IMG/VR virus record: IMGVR_UViG_3300035670_011119
Coordinates: 11,598-75,597 of that record
Source: a virus
Strand: one strand, 5' to 3'
DNA: 64,000 nt
A program made the translations under genes and the position numbers. Positions 57,971 through 64,000 of this stretch are shown one piece after another. The notes beneath the pieces are model-generated. The model was not told the DNA's origin. It was given only the letters and a program-made list of their open reading frames with translations, and ran no database searches. How positions within the stretch are numbered: position 1 is the stretch's first letter; the number at the start of each line of letters is the position of its first letter.

Positions 57971-60223
57971 CTATATACAACCATTTGGTTCGCTAACATT
58001 AGTACACTGTGGACTACCATCGGGACATCCTAAAGTATATGTCCATACTGTACCTTGCGGACCTTCTACTGTTACTGTTAACGAGGAAGTATTTTTTGGA
58101 ACACAAAATTCTACTGATCCTTGTCCTGGACCAGTAGCATTCTGATCGCCTCCAACGTAGCCAGTATCAACATATGTAACACCATTCCCTGTTACTGTAA
58201 ATTTATCAGAAACGTAATATGAGTCATAACTAAAAACTATATTGCCTCCAATTGGTGGTATAGAATGTTCTCTTATTGTGACTCCGGCTCCCCCAGAAGA
58301 AGTAGACTCATCACAATCATAATTTTCATTATCGGTTGGTGCATCTGGATCTTCAACACTACTATTGGTAAAGCTTCCCAGACTACTAAATTGTTCATAA
58401 ACCATATCTTTTCTCATAAATGGAGGATTATCATCAAAAGATAAAGCATAAGCTATGCCCCATGGTTTTTGATGCTCTCCACATTGTTTATAATCACATA
58501 CTGTCATTGGTTCACAATTAAGATCACATTGTGGTATATCTCTGAATTCAACCATTCTGGAATTTTCGCAAGCTTGTTGCGATAAGAATCTAACAACTTG
58601 TCCATTACAATTTACTCTTTGCCAGAGCTGTGTTTGTCTCTGAATGGGTCTGCCGAAAACTTGCTCAATACGGTTTATCTCTCCTAATAAACCGCCTAGT
58701 GTCGGGTATGGCATTACATCTAAGAAATCTCTATTTGGATCATTATCAACCCCGATGCATCTGCTAATAAATAGAGGATTACAGTCGTGTATTTGAGCAA
58801 CTCTTGAGAATTCTGTGCCTAGAATACAATCCAAATGAGAACCGGTTATTAAAAAAGAACCTTTTGGTATTGGTCCCCAATTTGGTTGTCCTCCATGATT
58901 CCATTCTCCCCAAGAATTTGCTAATAAAAATAAAGCATCAGGATGTAATCTTCGTGTATCGTCGCATCCTATAATCGCTAATGTATGATACCATAATCTA
59001 TCAGGATAAGATAATCCTATACTATCTCTGGTATCAGAGAATCCAACATTGGTACTTAAAACAACTCCATAACCATTATGGAGCATATTTCTAACTCCAC
59101 AAGATGTTTTAATCTGAGTAATATTTTTAATTCTTTTAACAGGAATAATAGAATTTGCTGGTAAATTACGTTTTGTGGTATAATACCTATCAGATTCAAA
59201 TATTGGATTATTAGATGTTCTAGCATAGCTAAAAGCATTTTGTGCCTGAGCGTATCTTACAAAGATATCAGGATCTCTTGTGCCAAAAAAAGCATCATTA
59301 GCATTAATAAAATTGCCATACCCACCATATGATTTTCTTAAAAAATATCCCGCATGTCTATAATCAGATATAGGATCACTATTATTTGATGAGAATCCGA
59401 CTCCTCTTGGATCAATTCCGGTAGGCCACATTGGTTTTGGTTCCTCAGCACATTCAACTGCTTTTAGTCCTGTTTGAGCATCACATTCTTCGCTGGCGCC
59501 CGCCATACATACCCTGGATTTTGGCCCAAACGGTTTACATGGTCCCGGAGGTTCGGATGGACAAACACAGCCCCAAGTTGCTCCCATTAGCTCTGGTAAG
59601 CACGGAATACCAGCAGACTTTGTTACTTGAGTAAGCTCTCCTAAATATCTTTGGTGAGATACTCCAGTAGGCATAACATTTGGAGCACAAAAAATTAATC
59701 CTTTAGCTAAAGAATTTTTAGCAAATTCATATATCGGTTCTGTTGCTCCTCTGGCTTCCCATTCATATAATGGATCTATAGAATTATCTTTTTTGGCTCT
59801 AAAAAAAATATCACAAGCTCGGCTAACATCAGCAGCATTTCTTATAGCGTGAGCAACACTATGATATTCAGATTGTTGAACTTCTTGAAAAGCATATGGA
59901 TCTAATATTTCTAAAAATTTATACGGTAAAGACAACTTACCTCTACCACTATTTTGAAAATCTCCAAATTGATATGCCCATCTTACATCTGTTGGTAAGG
60001 AATTAATATTTTCAACATTTTCTGTGGGTAAAGTAATATTTTGCATAGCAGCAACATACGAGCGAAAACATGAAAATGGAAGCATTTTTGCTAAATGAGC
60101 AAAACCCTCCATATCAAAAGCAGCACCCTTACCCCATTTTAATGCTCTTTTTCCCCATAATGTATTTTTATCACAAAAGTCATATGAGAAATTAAAATAA
60201 TACTGTTGAGGACTAAGGCTCAT
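57971..60223 (-). CDS. Papain-like (C1) peptidase paralogue with catalytic Cys replaced by Ser, Cys-rich insertions and a C-terminal beta-sandwich
   Basis: Aligns by eye with 62756..63685: GRGKLSLPYK vs GKGKLSTPYK, RNAADVSRA vs RNAVDISRA, ARGATE, NGYG, W.H....CDD, NSWG.WN.GG.P.WGPIP.GSFLI. Confidence 0.8.
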   Translation of the reverse strand: MSLSPQQYYFNFSYDFCDKNTLWGKRALKWGKGAAFDMEGFAHLAKMLPFSCFRSYVAAMQNITLPTENVENINSLPTDVRWAYQFGDFQNSGRGKLSLPYKFLEILDPYAFQEVQQSEYHSVAHAIRNAADVSRACDIFFRAKKDNSIDPLYEWEARGATEPIYEFAKNSLAKGLIFCAPNVMPTGVSHQRYLGELTQVTKSAGIPCLPELMGATWGCVCPSEPPGPCKPFGPKSRVCMAGASEECDAQTGLKAVECAEEPKPMWPTGIDPRGVGFSSNNSDPISDYRHAGYFLRKSYGGYGNFINANDAFFGTRDPDIFVRYAQAQNAFSYARTSNNPIFESDRYYTTKRNLPANSIIPVKRIKNITQIKTSCGVRNMLHNGYGVVLSTNVGFSDTRDSIGLSYPDRLWYHTLAIIGCDDTRRLHPDALFLLANSWGEWNHGGQPNWGPIPKGSFLITGSHLDCILGTEFSRVAQIHDCNPLFISRCIGVDNDPNRDFLDVMPYPTLGGLLGEINRIEQVFGRPIQRQTQLWQRVNCNGQVVRFLSQQACENSRMVEFRDIPQCDLNCEPMTVCDYKQCGEHQKPWGIAYALSFDDNPPFMRKDMVYEQFSSLGSFTNSSVEDPDAPTDNENYDCDESTSSGGAGVTIREHSIPPIGGNIVFSYDSYYVSDKFTVTGNGVTYVDTGYVGGDQNATGPGQGSVEFCVPKNTSSLTVTVEGPQGTVWTYTLGCPDGSPQCTNVSEPNGCI

Positions 60224-60227
60224 AATA

Positions 60228-60599
60228 TTATCCAGGAGAAATTGAGCATCTATTACACTTGTATCGTTCTATTTCTGCGCTGGTAGCAACTTGAGGATTA
60301 ATTTTTTCTTCTTTACCGCATACTCTGCACCTAACACTCAAAGGTTCGTAAGTGCGAGTTCTAGGAACAGGGGGATGCACTCTTAATTGTTTGTCAATAG
60401 CAATATCCTCTTTATGCATATTTTTTTCCATCATATTATCAAATTTATTGATAAATTTAGGTTTTGTACTAGTTGTAGTACTAAAGGTTTTTACCGAAAC
60501 TGTTTCTTGTGGTTCGGGCTCTGCATCATTGTTTGTTGGCTCAAGCATACTTTGTAATATGCTAATCATTGCTTGTATTTTTGCGGGATCGACGTTCAT
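60228..60599 (-). CDS. Hypothetical protein with C-terminal zinc ribbon
   Basis: CRVCG..YKCNRC. Confidence 0.7.
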   Translation of the reverse strand: MNVDPAKIQAMISILQSMLEPTNNDAEPEPQETVSVKTFSTTTSTKPKFINKFDNMMEKNMHKEDIAIDKQLRVHPPVPRTRTYEPLSVRCRVCGKEEKINPQVATSAEIERYKCNRCSISPG

Positions 60600-60916
60600 G
60601 ATATTTTATGTATATGGGGTGGAGTTGATGAATTTTTAGGATAATTTTTTCTGGCTTCGTCATTCAGCATAGAAGCTTGTTGAGTCATAATGGAGACACT
60701 ATTAATATTATTTTGGCTATGTCTAATCATAAAATCTTTAGAGGTTTGCCTAACGCTTGTTGAGGGTTTTTCTTCTGGTTTTTGAGCTGAAGATGATATT
60801 GTTTCTGCTATTTGTTTGGGAGTAACATTTAGTTCTTTAGATATAGATTCATGTGACAATCCTTGACTATTGAGCCATAGTATAGCATATTTATTATTTT
60901 TACTTAATCTTGGCAT
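60596..60916 (-). CDS. Hypothetical protein with N-terminal helix-turn-helix
   Basis: QGLSHESISKELNVTPKQI. Confidence 0.6.
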   Translation of the reverse strand: MPRLSKNNKYAILWLNSQGLSHESISKELNVTPKQIAETISSSAQKPEEKPSTSVRQTSKDFMIRHSQNNINSVSIMTQQASMLNDEARKNYPKNSSTPPHIHKIS

Positions 60917-61317
60917 TATTCGGCCTCTCTTTCAGCATTATTTAACCATAATATATTTTTTGATTGTAAAAATTTTACATAAAGATTCAATGTTTTTTCG
61001 CTAACTTCTCTAAATTTTTGATTTGATCTACATATACGATCCAAAAAAGTTTTATTATTTTCTGTACCGTATATAGAAATTGGATTATAAAATTTATTAT
61101 TAGAGTCTATTCTAATCATATGTTTAATTGATCCATCTATTCTAGAAATGGTCTTAGCGCATATTTGTTCGCCATTAGAGGTAACCAAAAGATTAACGTC
61201 GTTATCTTCTATGCCTATTTCGCCAGATAGAGTGTACGCCAGAATAGATGTGGCCTGATTGTTATTGTGACTACTGGAATAGATACTGTTATTATTAATC
61301 GATGTAAAATTTTCCAT
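60916..61317 (-). CDS. Hypothetical protein
   Basis: ORF abutting its neighbours; C-terminal YVKFL.SKN..WL..AER. Confidence 0.65.
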   Translation of the reverse strand: MENFTSINNNSIYSSSHNNNQATSILAYTLSGEIGIEDNDVNLLVTSNGEQICAKTISRIDGSIKHMIRIDSNNKFYNPISIYGTENNKTFLDRICRSNQKFREVSEKTLNLYVKFLQSKNILWLNNAEREAE

Positions 61318-61319
61318 AT

Positions 61320-61667
61320 TTAATACCATTTATTTTTAGTTTTAGATTTTTTTATGCGCTGCATACCTTTTGGTAGTTCTTTTTTTGATTCTTGTTCTTT
61401 ATAGTTGTTATGCTTATAATATAGTTCTAATTTATGGTCATCGCTCATTCTGTCTCTATTACGATTGGCAATATCACCTATTGTTTTAAGCTCGCTATCA
61501 GACTTTTTTACAAAACTGATACTTTGTTGAGCATCGTCAATATATGACCGATAAGTATGAATAGACTCACAATGTGAGCATTTTGGCTGATCAATATAGT
61601 CTTTAAAAAAGAAAAATAGTTCAAATTTTTTATTACACTTATTACAACAATATGTATAGGTTGGCAT
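61320..61667 (-). CDS. FmdB-family zinc-ribbon protein
   Basis: MPTYTY.C.KC...FE..C.HC.S; ATG at 61667 follows AAGGA. Confidence 0.85.
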   Translation of the reverse strand: MPTYTYCCNKCNKKFELFFFFKDYIDQPKCSHCESIHTYRSYIDDAQQSISFVKKSDSELKTIGDIANRNRDRMSDDHKLELYYKHNNYKEQESKKELPKGMQRIKKSKTKNKWY

Positions 61668-61714
61668 ACGAGTTTCCTTACAGGTATAATATGCCAGAAT
61701 ACACAACAGGCAAA

Positions 61715-61963
61715 CTATCCTTGTGTTAGCTTATTGTATAAAATTAGAGTAATAACCCCACCAGCTATACCCATAAAAATACCTGATGGACTAAGACTAT
61801 CATATGTTCCTAATAGATATAAAATAGCACCACCCATATAAGAGCCGGCAACTCCTAGGGCTACTGTTTGAAAAAATCCTAATCTTAGATTGATAGGAAC
61901 TATTGCTTTTGTTAGCGAACCAACAAACAAACCATATACTAGCCAGATTAAAAGATTAAACAT
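61715..61963 (-). CDS. GlsB/YeaQ/YmgE (transglycosylase-associated) small membrane protein, possible holin
   Basis: LIWLVYGLFVGSLTKAIVP..G...T..LGVAGSYMGG; three hydrophobic segments. Confidence 0.85.
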   Translation of the reverse strand: MFNLLIWLVYGLFVGSLTKAIVPINLRLGFFQTVALGVAGSYMGGAILYLLGTYDSLSPSGIFMGIAGGVITLILYNKLTQG

Positions 61964-62345
61964 TTGTTGCCTCCAGAAGTGTTAAAGATTCAGTATCGTC
62001 GAGATTTTTACCAACTTCCATGATGGCATTTCTTAAACTGACTCCGTATTGTTTGTATTGTTGTTTGCTCAAATGTTGTTTAATTATTTTATTTAATCTA
62101 TAATTATTTAACCAACTATCTTTAATAGTTAAATTAACTATAGTATGTCTAAGATCTAAAGCTTCGCTCATTTTATCATTTTTGCGTCTTTTACTTCTGC
62201 ATTCTTGAATAACTCTTATTAAACTAAGTATAACACCAATAACAATAATTATTGTTATAGGATCAAAGCCGTAGTTATTATTTTTAATATTTGCTTTATC
62301 TATTACTTTTTGAGCAATTTGCTCTAAATTAGGATCTACTTGCAT
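61956..62345 (-). CDS. Single-pass membrane protein
   Basis: FDPITIIIVIGVILSLIRVIQEC followed by a basic run. Confidence 0.7.
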   Translation of the reverse strand: MQVDPNLEQIAQKVIDKANIKNNNYGFDPITIIIVIGVILSLIRVIQECRSKRRKNDKMSEALDLRHTIVNLTIKDSWLNNYRLNKIIKQHLSKQQYKQYGVSLRNAIMEVGKNLDDTESLTLLEATNV

Positions 62346-62357
62346 ATTATATCTCTC

Positions 62358-62588
62358 TTAGGGTAAGCAATAACCACAATCAACCATTTTGATTCCATCG
62401 CCACTCAAATATTTACCACTTCCTTTGCACACCGGACATTCTTTTCTTTTGTATTTTTTAACTGGTTCATTACCAATATTTTTTATAATAGCTCCGGATA
62501 AAACAACAGGAGCAGATGAATTACCGTTGTATCTTGATGATCCAAATATTATAGCAGCAAATAATAGTGGTAGTATTAGTTTATTCAT
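62358..62588 (-). CDS. Signal-peptide/TM protein with DnaJ-like zinc motif
   Basis: MNKLILPLLFAAIIFG..CPVCKGSG..GDG..CGYC; GAGGT RBS before 62588. Confidence 0.7.
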   Translation of the reverse strand: MNKLILPLLFAAIIFGSSRYNGNSSAPVVLSGAIIKNIGNEPVKKYKRKECPVCKGSGKYLSGDGIKMVDCGYCLP

Positions 62589-62748
62589 TTCTACCTCTTG
62601 GAAATAATCGTTTGCGTTTTGTTGGCGGTTTGGGAACGATAGAATCATCTGATTCTGTTTTTGGTATTACTAATTTTATAACAGATAATATAAAGCTTAA
62701 AATAATAGATACTAGTCTATTTAATGCTAACTTATCAAGAAATCTCAT
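62581..62748 (-). CDS. Small membrane protein (55 aa), absent from the supplied ORF track
   Basis: MRFLDKLALNRLVSIILSFILSVIKLVIPKTESDDSIVPKPPTKRKRLFPRGRNE*; it fills the gap between the peptidase gene and 62588. Confidence 0.65.
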   Translation of the reverse strand: MRFLDKLALNRLVSIILSFILSVIKLVIPKTESDDSIVPKPPTKRKRLFPRGRNE

Positions 62749-62755
62749 ATTGTTC

Positions 62756-63685
62756 TCAGCTTTCTAAATAATCAAAACCATAGTCTGGTAATTTTTGTAA
62801 TGGAAATCCGTCAAAGTCGCTAAAAGCGTATGCTCCGTTGCCTTTTAACATACCGGCTGCTACATCTGCCTTTATTAAAAATGACCCGTCAGGGATCGGT
62901 CCCCACGCTGGGTGACCACCATCATTCCATTTACCCCAGCTATTCTGTACGAGAAAAGCCGGTTCGCTACCAGTGTCGTCGCAAGCAATCCATGCCATAG
63001 CATGAGCCCACGATCCCTGTGGTTTAGCAAATCCTTTACTATCTCTTCTACTACTAAATCCATAACTACTACAAACACTAATTCCATAACCATTAGCGAG
63101 AGCGTCTCGTGCTTCTTCTATTGTTCTTACTAAGCTAACAGTTTTAACCTGATGATCATTTGCAAGATCTATAACTTTGTCTGGCAAACTACGACCACCC
63201 CATCCAGCACCTAACATACCTTGATATTTACTAAGATCAACAACACCAGGGTAATTTTTTCTAACTAAGACACCACCATATTGGCTAACAAATTGTGCTG
63301 CTCTAGAACAACTCATTCCTTGTCCACCATGACCTCTTGCTCCGTATATGGCTTCTGTTGCGCCTCTTGCTATCCAACTTTCTTTATGTTTATCTATATC
63401 TATTTCTACAGCACGAGAAATATCTACAGCATTTCTAGTAGAGTGGCTTACACAGTCCCCTGTAACCTGGCGCTCATTATATGGATTCTTATCAAACTTT
63501 AAAACACTTTTATACGGAGTAGATAGTTTACCTTTACCGGTTCCAACAATTTTTTTAGCTCCATCTCCAAAATAACCATACTTAGAATTATCTAATAAAT
63601 TTTCGAATACGTGTTCTTCCCAAAGACATCCTTGAAACCCGTCTTTGTATAGTTTTAGTAATTGTTCAGGAGAATATTTTGCCAT
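62756..63685 (-). CDS. Papain-like cysteine peptidase (C1 family)
   Basis: Oxyanion Gln and catalytic Cys in Q..GDCVSH, His in WAHAM, Asn in QNSWG. Confidence 0.9.
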   Translation of the reverse strand: MAKYSPEQLLKLYKDGFQGCLWEEHVFENLLDNSKYGYFGDGAKKIVGTGKGKLSTPYKSVLKFDKNPYNERQVTGDCVSHSTRNAVDISRAVEIDIDKHKESWIARGATEAIYGARGHGGQGMSCSRAAQFVSQYGGVLVRKNYPGVVDLSKYQGMLGAGWGGRSLPDKVIDLANDHQVKTVSLVRTIEEARDALANGYGISVCSSYGFSSRRDSKGFAKPQGSWAHAMAWIACDDTGSEPAFLVQNSWGKWNDGGHPAWGPIPDGSFLIKADVAAGMLKGNGAYAFSDFDGFPLQKLPDYGFDYLES

Positions 63686-63999
63686 TATCTACTACCTTCA
63701 TAAAAAGCCCACGCTAAACCATTAAAAGCTTCAACAGCTTTTTTTCTAAGTTCAGGATCTAGGGCCACATTATCATCTCCGATATGCTGTACAACAACAT
63801 AAGTAGCGGCCTGTGTTAGATCAGGATATTTACCCTTAAGATCAAGATTATAAAAAGCTCCAGCTATTTTATTAGCTTCTCTAATTTCGTCGGTATTTTT
63901 AATTACTTCGTTTTCACCATCTAGTTCTATTAGTCTTGCCAAGTCAGAGAATAAACCACTTAATTTCACACCATCAACTGATCTGTCAGAACTTCCGGA
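63685..63999 (-). CDS. Hypothetical protein, 5'-truncated by the window edge
   Basis: The frame of 63685..63969 stays open to the end of the window. Confidence 0.6.
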   Translation of the reverse strand, partial: SGSSDRSVDGVKLSGLFSDLARLIELDGENEVIKNTDEIREANKIAGAFYNLDLKGKYPDLTQAATYVVVQHIGDDNVALDPELRKKAVEAFNGLAWAFYEGSR

Positions 64000-64000
64000 T

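Noticed and set aside
913-63575. Many short opposite-strand or nested ORFs in the supplied track (e.g. 27510..27935 +, 24254..24625 +, 29369..29749 +)
   Set aside because: They lie wholly within or antisense to well-supported genes and have no recognisable motifs; treated as shadow ORFs.
1-64000. Stop-codon reassignment
   Set aside because: Standard-code ORFs tile the window almost completely, and TAA, TAG and TGA all end conserved genes at the expected positions.

Overview
This window is an AT-rich, very densely coded segment of a large tailed-phage (Caudoviricetes-like) genome read in the standard genetic code. I saw no tRNA, rRNA, CRISPR array or transposase. (1) 1-19629, + strand: a virion/tail block with a 5'-truncated fibre-like protein, a 687-aa tail protein, a 2249-aa hub-like protein, a 2683-aa Cys-rich giant and a small Cys-cluster protein. 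Everything from 19635 to the end is on the - strand. (2) 19635-27463: a putative single-strand annealing protein, a Vsr/DUF559-type endonuclease, two GT4 glycosyltransferases and five eroded GT/methyltransferase/nucleotidyltransferase-like genes. (3) 27530-44195: replication, recombination and nucleotide genes (ssb, an intein-less split DnaE with a DEDDh exonuclease and a tiny ORF between its halves, a PD-(D/E)XK nuclease, dNMP kinase, primase, DnaB, RecA-like, HNH, PhoH, MazG-like, NrdAB, dCMP deaminase). (4) 44229-57963: a 14-gene unusual-sugar island (Fcl, RfbH, two GT11, RmlB, HAD, NeuB-like, a ThDP enzyme, SDR, AroB-like cyclase, sugar kinase, epimerase, two GT2). (5) 57971-64000: an apparently active papain-like peptidase, a Cys-to-Ser paralogue of it and several small membrane proteins. 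The best candidates for new biology are the branched-chain/carbocyclic sugar pathway, the multi-piece DnaE and the peptidase/pseudo-peptidase pair. All family calls come from motif recognition by eye; no database search was run.
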